Below are positions 18,874 to 27,997 of a stretch of 64,000 bases of DNA, in pieces; within the stretch, counting starts at the first letter, position 1; the number at the start of each line of letters is the position of its first letter. Source of the DNA: a virus. A model generated the notes under the pieces. The model ran no database searches. It saw only the letters and a program-made list of their open reading frames with translations, and was not told where the DNA came from. The stretch spans positions 138,995 to 202,994 of the IMG/VR virus record IMGVR_UViG_3300045988_147927; one strand, given 5' to 3'. Position numbers and translations under genes: made by a program.

Positions 18874-20487
18874 ATGGCTAAAAAACAATTAAAAAAGAGA
18901 ATATTTGTACCTACAGGTAATGATTTAGGTAATTTTAATGTTTTTGATTTGCAGCCTGTAGAGTTGACATTTGTAGATTCAGATGAAGGAAATAAAGAGA
19001 GCAATTCTAAAGGTGCTGGTGGTGGTTCTTCTGTACCTGACCCTGTAGATAATAATCCGTTAAGTAAAAGTTCTAGTAAAGACTCTAGTGGTGATGGCTC
19101 AAAAGATAATAATCCATATAGTAATGGATATGATGAAGATAATAACGGTGATGAGTTTGATAAATCTGAGAGAGATTTAAACAATGATTTATATGGCGAT
19201 GATTTAGACAAGGATGAGGCTGAAAAATCTCAGCAAAATAATCAAGATGGTGATGGAGAGGGTTCATCTGGTGGTGAGAGTGGCTCTTCCAGTGCAGGTG
19301 GTATGGGTAGTAATGGTGAGAATGACTTCTCACCACCTAATTATGACAGTAGCATGGCAAATGGTGAGGGTGATGATTCATCAGAAAATAAGTCAGAGAT
19401 GGAAAGTGCCTTAGATAATGAGGAAGAGAATAAGTCAGATATATCAAAAGAGAGGTCTAATGAGGTAGATAATCAAAACTCTCAAAACTCTCAAAACTCT
19501 CAAAACTCTCAAAACTCTCAAAACTCTCAAAACTCACAGAATGGGGATAATTCTCAAAATGGAGATAACTCACAAAATGGTGAAAACTCTCAAAATGGAG
19601 ATAGCTCACAAAATGGTGATAGTTCTCAAAATAAGCTAACTGATAGTGATGAATTTCAGAAGGCACATGAGACTAAGAACAATGATTTTGATGATACTAA
19701 AGGTAAAGAGATTGCTGATAAGATGGTAAGAGATGCCGCTAAAAAAGTTCAAGAGGAATTAGATAAGGATGAGACATTAGCAAATACTAATAGTGATTCT
19801 TTAGATAATTATAAAGACTTCGGTGCTGGTGCTATGACTACTCTATTTAAGAGTACAGGTATGGTAGCTGATTGGAAAGTCAAATTAAATAAATTATTTA
19901 GGATGGCTTTAGGTCAGAGGGTGTTTATGAATCCTGATATGATTAATAAGCGTATTGAAGATGCACCTCCAGGGAGAGAAGATATTGAGTCAACAATGAT
20001 TAAAGTTGGTATATTACTAGACTGTTCATCATCTATGGGTGGTTCTGCTTTCAAAAAGGTTATCACGCAGATGGATGCTATGATACGTGCTGATAAGGGT
20101 ATGAAAAAAGTACAGTTTTATATTATGCCATTTTCAGAATGGTCTGTAGAAGAGAGCATTAAACTTATGAAGAGGTGTAAAGGTACACAATTAAAGCAGA
20201 CTTTATTGACTTTTGGGCCAAAAGGTTCTACTTATATAACAAATGCTGTTGAGGCATTGATGAGGAAGATTAAGAATCCTGATACTGTTATTGTTATGTC
20301 AGACTGTGAAATATGGGATGATGATGCTTTTGCTAGAAATTCATATTGTAAAAAGTTGGTTACTAAATTCAGAAAACGCTTAATATGGGTTATGCCTAGT
20401 AAGAGTGGCCTAGGTTATATGGCTAAATTCGATAAATTCGCTAAAAAAGAAGATAGGTATTTAGTCTTTAAAGGTGACGGGGATTAA
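18874..20487 (+). CDS. vWA (MIDAS) domain protein with long acidic/N-Q-S low-complexity N-terminal region
   Basis: DxSxS MIDAS motif in VGILLDCSSSMGG, with a downstream vWA-like beta-alpha pattern ending VIVMSDCEIWDD. The N-terminal 250 aa are D/E/S/G/N/Q-rich. Confidence 0.65.
   Translation: MAKKQLKKRIFVPTGNDLGNFNVFDLQPVELTFVDSDEGNKESNSKGAGGGSSVPDPVDNNPLSKSSSKDSSGDGSKDNNPYSNGYDEDNNGDEFDKSERDLNNDLYGDDLDKDEAEKSQQNNQDGDGEGSSGGESGSSSAGGMGSNGENDFSPPNYDSSMANGEGDDSSENKSEMESALDNEEENKSDISKERSNEVDNQNSQNSQNSQNSQNSQNSQNSQNGDNSQNGDNSQNGENSQNGDSSQNGDSSQNKLTDSDEFQKAHETKNNDFDDTKGKEIADKMVRDAAKKVQEELDKDETLANTNSDSLDNYKDFGAGAMTTLFKSTGMVADWKVKLNKLFRMALGQRVFMNPDMINKRIEDAPPGREDIESTMIKVGILLDCSSSMGGSAFKKVITQMDAMIRADKGMKKVQFYIMPFSEWSVEESIKLMKRCKGTQLKQTLLTFGPKGSTYITNAVEALMRKIKNPDTVIVMSDCEIWDDDAFARNSYCKKLVTKFRKRLIWVMPSKSGLGYMAKFDKFAKKEDRYLVFKGDGD
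19474..19632 (+). repeat. In-frame tandem repeats: 7 x 9 bp (caaaactct) then about 5 x 18 bp
   Basis: Read directly. 19474-19536 has seven 9-mers encoding (QNS)n. 19537-19626 has 18-bp units caaaatggNgaNaNctca encoding QNG(D/E)(N/S)S. Confidence 0.9.
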
Positions 20488-20736
20488 AAATCACATTACC
20501 TGTATGTGTTACTTATATATTAAATTGTACTAAGTGTGGTGTTAGTGTTGCACTTAGTACAAACATATTAATTTTAAATATTAATTTAATATATAGTTTT
20601 AGTAATAACTCATCAACAGTTTGTAATATTATTTATAATAATATAGATATTTGTTGTAGTTAATGTTTTATTATTAAAAAGCCAAAATATTGATTTTGAT
20701 TGAAAGAACATCTTCTTAAAAGTTTCTTAGTTATAA

Positions 20737-20765
20737 TTGATATTTATACACTTCTTTGGTATTAT
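20737..20765 (+). promoter_or_regulatory. Sigma-70-type promoter for the second tnpB
   Basis: TTGATA (20737-20742), 17-nt spacer, TATTAT (20760-20765). Followed by hairpin aatagata...tatctatt and RBS AGAGGTGA before TTG 20817. Confidence 0.5.
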
Positions 20766-20816
20766 AATAGATAATTAATGCTATCTATTAGTAGTATGGA
20801 AAAGAGGTGAGATATC

Positions 20817-21914
20817 TTGAATAAAAGTTTTAAAGTTAGGATTTATCCTACAAAAGAGCAATGTGTTCTTTTAGAAAAGACCTTTGGTGCAAACAGGTTT
20901 GTTTATAATTACTTTCTCAACTTAAAAAGTAAGTTGTATGAGTTTTATAAAATAAATCTTAGTTACAACAATTCTTCTAAAGTGCTAACAGAATTAAAGA
21001 AAACTAAAACTTGGCTTAAAGAGGTTGATAGTAAATCTTTAATTCAAACACTTAGGGATTTAGATAGAGCATATCAAAACTTTTTTAGTGGTAGAGGTAA
21101 ATACCCTAATTTTAAAAAGAAACAAGATAAAAACTCTTATCGTACTAATCAAAGCATTAAATTAGTCAATTCTTTTATTTCTATTCCAAAGGTAGGTCTA
21201 CTTAGATATAAAGATAAGTGTAAATTTGATGATAAACATATTCTTAAAATTTATAATGTAACAATATCTAAGACATCTAGTGGAAAATATTATGCTAGTA
21301 TATCAGCTGAGGTCTATATACCTAATTTTGAGAAAACCAATCAAAGTTGTGGTATAGACTTAGGTTTAAAAGATTTTGCAATTTTAGATACTGGTGAAAA
21401 GATAAAGAATCCTAGAATATTAAAGCATCTTGAAGTTAAGTATAGAAAATTAGCTAAAGCTGTTTCAAGAAAAGTTAAAGGTTCAGCTAATTATCAAAAA
21501 GCTAAGTTAAAGTTAGCAAGGTTTCATGAGAAAGTTACGAATATTCGTAAAGATTTTCTTCATAAATTATCTACTAACTTAGTAAAAACTTATGATATTA
21601 TTTGTGTTGAGACTCTTAAAGTTAAAAATATGATGAAAAATCATACATTAGCAAAATCATTTCAAGATGTAGCACATTCTGAGTTTATAAGACAGTTAGA
21701 ATATAAAGCTAAGTGGTATGGTAAAACTATCTCTAAAATAGATAGATTTTATCCATCAAGTCAGGTATGTTCTAATTGTGGATATAAAAACAAAGATGTT
21801 AAAAATCTTAGTATTCGTGAGTGGATTTGTCCAGAGTGTGGGGTTCATCATGATAGAGATATCAATGCATCAATTAATATTTTGAATGAGGGATTACGAC
21901 TTATAGAAGTGTAA
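20817..21914 (+). CDS. tnpB: TnpB (RNA-guided RuvC nuclease)
   Basis: N-terminal [11 protein letters not shown], Ruv[13 protein letters not shown], Ruv[14 protein letters not shown], zinc finger CSNCGY...CPECG, Ruv[17 protein letters not shown] start. Confidence 0.85.
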   Translation: MNKSFKVRIYPTKEQCVLLEKTFGANRFVYNYFLNLKSKLYEFYKINLSYNNSSKVLTELKKTKTWLKEVDSKSLIQTLRDLDRAYQNFFSGRGKYPNFKKKQDKNSYRTNQSIKLVNSFISIPKVGLLRYKDKCKFDDKHILKIYNVTISKTSSGKYYASISAEVYIPNFEKTNQSCGIDLGLKDFAILDTGEKIKNPRILKHLEVKYRKLAKAVSRKVKGSANYQKAKLKLARFHEKVTNIRKDFLHKLSTNLVKTYDIICVETLKVKNMMKNHTLAKSFQDVAHSEFIRQLEYKAKWYGKTISKIDRFYPSSQVCSNCGYKNKDVKNLSIREWICPECGVHHDRDINASINILNEGLRLIEV

Positions 21915-22035
21915 ATATATAATTATAACCGTGGGACACATGGGGATAGCCTATTGTCTGGTTGTAAGACTCTTTTAACATAGTATTAAAAGAGCGAACC
22001 GTTGGGTAGGAACTTCAATGACTTATAAGTCATGA
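21915..22035 (+). ncRNA. Candidate omega RNA scaffold / right end of the solo TnpB element
   Basis: Structured tail with ctcttttaa...ttaaaagag (9-bp stem) and palindrome gacttataagtc. It ends just before the protease gene. Confidence 0.4.
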
Positions 22036-22039
22036 GAGG

Positions 22040-23866
22040 ATGTCAGAGGGGATAGATATTTATATTATGGGTAATTTAGAGAAACAATACTTATCAGATA
22101 CGAGTGTTTTTGATAGGTCGCTGTATGAGAGTTATGAGCCTGATACAAAATTTGATGGTTCAAATAATGCAGTGTTGCGTATTATCCGAGGACCATTAGC
22201 AGAGTGGGATAAGTTAAATCGTAATGGTAGGTTATATTCTGAGAAGTTGTGGGATAGGGTGTTAGAAACACCGTATGTTAAAGAACAGCTCATGTATAAT
22301 ACACTTTTTGGTGAGGCTAATCACCCAGTAGATAGAATGGAAGTAGATTTTGAGAGGGTTTCTCATAGAATTGCTAAGATGTGGAAAGTGCCACAATCAA
22401 ATCAAATTTATGGTGAGATTCATATCTTGGATACTCCTTTTGGTCGGATTATCAATACATTGTATGAAGCTGGTGGTGTTATTGGATATTCATCAAGGGC
22501 TGGTGGTGCTTTACATCAACGTAAGGATTATATTGAAGTAGATGAAAATCAATATAATTTTGTTACATTTGATGCTGTTCCATTCCCGTCTGTACAATCT
22601 GCTAGACCTAGTGATTTTGTAACAGAGGGTGCTGAAATTCAAAAACACGCTTTAACAAAAGATGTTCATAATGCTCTTTTTAAGATTATTAAAGAGTGTG
22701 ATGAAAAAGACTTTAATAATATTAAGTCTTTTATAAATAGCATTGAGGGTTATGATTTAACACCTGAAAAGTTATTACTTGAAAGTGTTGAAAATATAAC
22801 TTTTAATAATGGTGATGAAGAAGTTATTGTCCGAGACACTATTGAGGACAATAAGGAAGAATCGCTTGTAGATACTTTACAAAGTACTTTACAGTCAGTT
22901 AAGGCTCAAAAACAATCTTTAGAGAAAGAGAATAGAGGTTTAAAAGATAGCTTAAATAATGCTTTAAATAAAATCTCAACTGTTCTACAGGATGCTAAAG
23001 ATAAAGAGGTTGCAACACAAGATGAGATTTCAAATCTAAAAGACACTATTGCAAGAAAAGAAGTTAAAATCAATGAGTTGCAAGAAGAGATTGATATGTT
23101 ACAAGATGAGCTTGATGGTTTACAAACTGTCGAGGAGGCTTGTAAGGCTTTGAAGTATCAAAACTCTACTTTACTTAAAGAGGGTGTAGAGGATAACAAT
23201 AGGGAATTAGAATCGAAGTTATCTGTTAAAGAGGAAGAAAACAAATCTTTGTTGAAAGATAATAAAAATCTTTCAAAAGAAAAAGAAGAGTTACATTCTG
23301 AATTAAAAGAGGCTTATGGTGAGATTGCTGATACTGTTAAAGATATTAATAGTAAGGATGCTATTATTAAGGCACAACAAGATACTATTAATTCTTTAAA
23401 GAGTGATGTTAAGTCTACACAAGAAGAATTAGATAAGGTAGATGAAGATTATCAAAGTGCTTTAGATAGACGTGATAATCAAATTGAGCAGTATGAGGAA
23501 AGAATTAAAGAGTTAGAAGATAAGATTAGGGAATTGAGTTCAGAGGTAGAAGATATCGATGAGTCATATTCAAAATCAAAATCATACACTAAATCTTTAA
23601 AAAATGACTTAATTTCAGTTATTGCTGGTAATTATGGTTTAACAAATGAAAGTGTTAAAGCTAAGTTACCTGTAGGGTTTGGTAAGTCAGAAATTTATAC
23701 TGTGTGTGAATCGATGAGTCGCAATAGTAGTAAAAATTTAATAAGCAATTCTATTGTAGATACTCAAATTGTTAATGAATCAACTAAAAACAGGGTTACT
23801 GATATTCATTCTAACAATAGGGGTAGTAGATTAAGTGAAATAATCTCTACAAATAGAAGAGGTTAG
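22040..23866 (+). CDS. Prohead protease (T4 gp21-like) fused to a coiled-coil scaffold-like C-terminal region
   Basis: LNRNGRLYSEKLWDRV...FGEANHP...GYSSRAGG parallels T4 gp21 VNRNKRLYPKRILEKAV...LGELNHP...GVSSRGLG (catalytic His and Ser). From about residue 270 to 520 the sequence is heptad-rich (LEKENRGLKDSLNNALNKI...). The start could be ATG 22067. Confidence 0.8.
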   Translation: MSEGIDIYIMGNLEKQYLSDTSVFDRSLYESYEPDTKFDGSNNAVLRIIRGPLAEWDKLNRNGRLYSEKLWDRVLETPYVKEQLMYNTLFGEANHPVDRMEVDFERVSHRIAKMWKVPQSNQIYGEIHILDTPFGRIINTLYEAGGVIGYSSRAGGALHQRKDYIEVDENQYNFVTFDAVPFPSVQSARPSDFVTEGAEIQKHALTKDVHNALFKIIKECDEKDFNNIKSFINSIEGYDLTPEKLLLESVENITFNNGDEEVIVRDTIEDNKEESLVDTLQSTLQSVKAQKQSLEKENRGLKDSLNNALNKISTVLQDAKDKEVATQDEISNLKDTIARKEVKINELQEEIDMLQDELDGLQTVEEACKALKYQNSTLLKEGVEDNNRELESKLSVKEEENKSLLKDNKNLSKEKEELHSELKEAYGEIADTVKDINSKDAIIKAQQDTINSLKSDVKSTQEELDKVDEDYQSALDRRDNQIEQYEERIKELEDKIRELSSEVEDIDESYSKSKSYTKSLKNDLISVIAGNYGLTNESVKAKLPVGFGKSEIYTVCESMSRNSSKNLISNSIVDTQIVNESTKNRVTDIHSNNRGSRLSEIISTNRRG

Positions 23867-23932
23867 AGTGATATATTAGTTTTTAGTTGATAGTCTATAT
23901 GTTAAATAAAAATTTTATGGGGAAAGTTATTA

Positions 23933-24730
23933 ATGAAAACTAATATTTACGAACAATATCGTCCATTATTGGAATCTTGGAAAGGTTATACTGATGTTGT
24001 AAAACAGCACGTAGATGGCTATTCTGATGTAGAAGCTACACAACTATCTATGTTGCTTGAAAATACTAAATCTGAATTGGAAATGACAAAAGGTCGCATG
24101 ATGAATGGTACAGCTATTCATGAAGGCACTGATATTTCTATGGTTAATACATTTACATCTAATGTATTTGATATTATCACAGCTGTCATGCCAAATTTGA
24201 TTGCGAATGATATCGTCAGTGTTCAACCTCTTGACCGTAGGAATGGACAAGTATTCTTCTTGAAATTCACTTATGGTAATAATAAAGGTGCTATTAAAGC
24301 TGGTACTGATATGATTTCTTCTCAACGTGGTTTCGTTGGTGGTGATTATAGTGGTGAACACGTAAGTGGTGAATCATTGACAATCACTTCTAATGCAGTA
24401 TCTCAAAAAGTATTGCATACTCCAATTAAACCTGGTACATTCCGTTTGACTTCACCTGATAAAATCGGCGATGAATTATTGGATGTTCCTAATGCAGATG
24501 GTATCACAGGTACTATTACAGATACTGCACCTACTGGTTTGGGTGCTGGTACTGTAAACTATGTTACTGGTGAAATTACATTGACTGGTGTAACAGTTGC
24601 ACATCTAGAAGCTGATTTTGACTATGACCAAAATAGTTTCGATGCTCCTGTAGACCAAGTTGATGTACGTGTGGTTTCTGAGCCTGTAGTTGCTCGTCCA
24701 CGTAAATTAAAATCCGTATATATGTTCGAT
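23933..24730 (+). CDS. Major capsid protein (T4 gp23-like), exon 1
   Basis: PNLIANDIVSVQPLDRRNGQVFFLKFTYG parallels T4 gp23 PNLIAFDICGVQPM.SPTGQVFALR.VYG. Exon end CGAU 24727-24730 pairs with intron GUCG 24765-24768 (U-G wobble at the splice site). Confidence 0.85.
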
Positions 24731-25927
24731 AAAACTTGTGCATAATAGTTTTCATTTATGCAATGTCGCCTTATCATAGAAATATGGTGAGTGATAACTC
24801 TACGAATTGCTGGAAGTTCCTAAAGTATAACACACTACAACGTAACTCGAAAGGGTAAGCGTGAAAGTTGCGAAAGCAGAAAAAAGTTGTTATAATACCC
24901 TATGATGAAATAAAAGGTATTTTAGTATTATACTAAAATATTTCTAAGGGGGATAATAAGAATGGATAATCAGCAGTCAGTGGTTACATATATTGAATGT
25001 CCTTATTGTGGTAAGAAATTAAAATTTTTAAATGCAACTCATCTTAAACGTCATGGCAAAACAGTTAGTGATGTTAAATCAGAGTTTCCAAATCAATCTT
25101 TAGCCTCTCAGTCTTATAGAGATAGGCAGAGAGAAGATACAAGAGATAGGTGGGAAGAGGAAGGTTATAGAGATAGAGTTTCTGCTACATTAAAAATTAC
25201 ACAAAATAGGGAAGATATAAAAGAGAAAATAGCTAATGGGAATAGAGTTAAATGGTCTAATGAAGATTATAAAAGGAGGGTATCTAAGAAGATAAGAGAT
25301 ACTCAAAATAGACCAGATAAGAAATTACATATGTCTAAGTTATCTTCAATGGCTTTAACAGATGGAACTATAGGTGATATATGGAAGCATGTTACTTATG
25401 GTGATAAAGTGTTGTGTTTGAGGAGTTCATTAGAGTTAAAGACTTTTAATTACTTAGTTGAATTAAATATTCCTTTTGAGTATGAAAGTATTAGATATGA
25501 GTATAAGATTGATGGTTTTAGTTTATTTCATGTAATTGATTTTTATTTATCTCAATATAATTTAATTATAGAGGTTAAACCTAAGTATAAATTTAAAGAA
25601 GGGTTTATTAAAAATCACAATGAAGAGTATCGAAAAATCATCGCAAAACGTGATGGTGGTATTGCTCTCGGGTATAACTATATTTTCATAACAGAGGATA
25701 ATTTAGACAGTAAAGACTCTTTTTATAAAGCTATTAGTAAGTATATGTAGTCAAAGATTCAACGACTAACCCAGACATGGGTGTAGGTTATTATGAAAGA
25801 TAGCCGAAGTGTAGAGTACCTAAGTTACAATAGGTAATATGGTAAAGATATAGTCTGTTCTCATGTGAAAGCATGAGTTTTGAATTGTTAAACTTTCATT
25901 AAATACAATTCAATTTGATACAATTAG
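24731..25927 (+). ncRNA. Group I intron 1 in the capsid gene (carries an endonuclease ORF)
   Basis: P1 hairpin tgcataa/ttatgca plus IGS gtcg. gaattgctgg...tcctaaag (P3/P4). attcaacgacta 25757-25768 and aagatatagtc 25845-25855 (P7 strands). Hairpin ctcatgtgaaagcatgag. Terminal G at 25927. Confidence 0.75.
24962..25750 (+). CDS. Intron-encoded homing endonuclease: MucR/Ros-like zinc finger + PD-(D/E)xK nuclease
   Basis: N-terminus CPYCGKKLKFLNATHLKRHGKTVSDV. C-terminus RSSLELKTFNYL...FEYE...IDFYLSQYNLIIEVKP (E...D...ExK). RBS AAGGGGG. Confidence 0.65.
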   Translation: MDNQQSVVTYIECPYCGKKLKFLNATHLKRHGKTVSDVKSEFPNQSLASQSYRDRQREDTRDRWEEEGYRDRVSATLKITQNREDIKEKIANGNRVKWSNEDYKRRVSKKIRDTQNRPDKKLHMSKLSSMALTDGTIGDIWKHVTYGDKVLCLRSSLELKTFNYLVELNIPFEYESIRYEYKIDGFSLFHVIDFYLSQYNLIIEVKPKYKFKEGFIKNHNEEYRKIIAKRDGGIALGYNYIFITEDNLDSKDSFYKAISKYM

Positions 25928-26035
25928 GTTGCATACGATTTAAAAATGTCATTCGGCTTAGATATGGATACAGTTATCCTAAAAGCTACGAGTGGTGAAA
26001 TTGGTTACGAAATTGACAATGAGATTAACGTAGAT
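25928..26035 (+). CDS. Major capsid protein, exon 2
   Basis: Translates VAYDLKMSFGLDMDTVILKATSGEIGYEIDNEINVD. Joined to exon 1 it gives KLKSVYMFDVAYDL..FGLDMD, with the same spacing as the gp23 motif KLKA.WS.ELAQDL.A.HGMDAE. Exon end AGAU pairs with intron GUCU 26073-26076. Confidence 0.75.
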
Positions 26036-27203
26036 AATGCTATTATGTTGTTAGTAGCTTAAATAATACATAGTCTCCGTACATAGTGATATGTGCGAAA
26101 AATAATCTATTTAATTGCTGGAAAGTCCTAAAGCTAACTAAACTACAACGTAATCATGAAATATGGGTAAGCGTGAGAGTTGCTAAAGCAGAAAAAATTA
26201 GTTAGATGACATAAGGTGAAATAAAAGCTATAATATGATATAATTATAGTCCTAAGTGTTGTAATAATGGATAATCAGCCGCTAAGTCCTTAATAGGGAA
26301 AAGTTCAACGACTATCCGAAAGCAACAAAAGTTGTGAGTAGATAATGAGAATTATCAAAAGGAGTACGGCTCTAGTGAGTGGGTGAGAATCCCTTAAATG
26401 GAAATGGTAGATGTGTACAAAGGATGGTTTAAAATTACATATAGAATGTCCTATATGTCATAAGAAGTATAAGATGATATCAAATAATCATCTTGTTAAA
26501 AAACATAATATTACATTAGAAGAGTTTAGAGATATCTATAAAGGTTATCCTACAGAGAGTGAGTATTTACAAAAGGTTAGAGTGGATGTTGGATTAGCAA
26601 TAGGCTCTAAAGAGAGTGTTAAGTCTTTTAGAAGTGCTAAAGCTAAGAGACAGCATGAGAGTGGAAATCTCAATCCGTCTAAAACACTTAATTATTTGTG
26701 GGAAAATAAAAAAAGATTGGATGCGTGAAAGACAGCATATAGGTAATAGTACTGAAGCTGAGTTTAAACGTAAATCAGAAGTTTCTAGACGTTTATGGTC
26801 TTGTCCTGAGTGGGTTAATTCTCGTAGGGATAGGAATGTGAGATGTGAATTAAATGGTTATGTTTTATATGTTAGAAGTTCTTATGAAAAGGTAGCTTGC
26901 CAGTTCTTAGATTCTTTGGGTGTTAAATTTGAGTATGAAACAAAAGTATTCAAATATTACTATGATGGAAGATTTAGAAATTATATTGTTGATTTATATC
27001 TTCCTTTACATGATGTTTATTTAGAGGTAAAACCTAAAGACCTAGAATCAGATGATAAAAATAAAGCTAAAATACAGTCTGTAATTGATAGTGGTAATAT
27101 AATTACTTATGTTGATGAGGATTGGATATGTTCTATAGATGATTTTAAACATCATTTGAGTAAGTACATAAAGATATAGTCTGCTCTATGGTGAAAGTCA
27201 TAG
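26036..27203 (+). ncRNA. Group I intron 2 in the capsid gene (carries a frameshifted endonuclease gene)
   Basis: IGS gtct in the same context as intron 1 (ata-GTCT-cc versus aat-GTCG-cc). aattgctggaaagtcctaaagct. gttcaacgactat. aaagatatagtc plus hairpin ctatggtgaaagtcatag. Terminal G at 27203. Confidence 0.75.
26411..27179 (+). pseudogene. Intron-encoded zinc-finger + PD-(D/E)xK endonuclease interrupted by a +1 frameshift at an A7 run (about 26706-26712)
   Basis: ORF 26411..26728 (CPICHKKYKMISNNHLVKKHNITLEEF) and ORF 26616..27179 (RSSYEKVACQFL...FEYE...VDLYLPLHDVYLEVKP) together match the architecture of the intron-1 enzyme. The frames switch at aataaaaaaag. Confidence 0.6.
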
Positions 27204-27602
27204 AAGGGTATAATGGAAACGATTATACTCGTAACAAAAGGTATGCAAGACCTTTTAAAAATTGCTGGTAGCCAATCTACTTGGAATAAACTTCCTGAGT
27301 ATAAAGGTCAAGACGTTAAAACACATGAAGCTACATTGTTTAATGCTATCAATGATGCGTCCAATACAATTCTTGGTAACACTAAACGCTATGAAGCTAC
27401 ATTTATTATCTGTGGTAAAAATGCCGCTACATACATTGAATCCTTGAACACAAATATCGGTCAAGTACGTGAAATCTTCAAACGTGTGTCTACAAATGGT
27501 ATCGTTGGTGGTCCACACTTGGTAGGTATCTTGGATGAAAAATATAAAGTATATAAAAATCCATACTACCCTGATAATGAAATCTTGGTAGGTGCTAAGG
27601 GT
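27204..27602 (+). CDS. Major capsid protein, exon 3
   Basis: KGIMETIILV...KVYKNPYYPDNEILVGAKG. Exon end AAGGGU 27597-27602 is complementary (with a U-G wobble) to intron GCCCUU 27637-27642. Confidence 0.75.
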
Positions 27603-27997
27603 GAACATATTAATGTTGCTTAATGATAAACATTTTGCCCTTGTAAAACCCTGTGAATTGCTGGGACGTGCTAAAGACTGTTATACCAAAGTGTAAAAAT
27701 TAACAGTATGAGTTGTGGGTTAGCACTCCACAACGATGAAATGTACAATCAGCAGCCTTATATATTTAAAGATAGAATATATGGGGTTCATCGACTATCG
27801 AAAACAGAGATGTAAAGTAAGACTGGTAACTCGGTCAAGGTTATTATAGGTTACATCTTTTAAGTGAGTAGAGTAGGAATTAAAGTTCCGAAGTGCAGGG
27901 AGTTATTACTGATAACCTAAAGGTAATAACTATGATATAGTCAGTGCTAACAAGAAATATGTTAGTTATTTAATTTAATAGTCAGTTAAAATGTTAG
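27603..27997 (+). ncRNA. Group I intron 3 in the capsid gene (ORF-less, about 395 nt)
   Basis: gaattgctggg...gctaaag. ggttcatcgactatcg and atgatatagtc (P7 strands). Terminal G at 27997. No ORF inside. Confidence 0.7.

Larger units (their letters stand above)
20737..22035 (+). mobile_element. Solo TnpB element (IS200/605-family, no tnpA); minimum extent, ends not defined
   Basis: Own promoter, tnpB ORF and 121-nt structured tail, located in the gap between the vWA gene and the prohead protease gene. Confidence 0.6.

Noticed and set aside
22350-22541. Alternative-frame + strand ORFs nested in larger genes (22350-22541, 19214-19414, 27262-27447, 35500-35703, 40396-40500).
   Set aside because: They overlap well-supported genes in another frame, have no RBS, and their products are repetitive or implausible. 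The last one is only the out-of-context upstream extension of the 39-aa ORF starting at 40501.
26616-26725. 5' part of ORF 26616..27179 as an independent overlapping gene.
   Set aside because: The first 36 or so codons are just the alternative frame of the zinc-finger ORF. Homology to the intron-1 enzyme begins only after the A7 run, so this is one frameshifted gene, not two.
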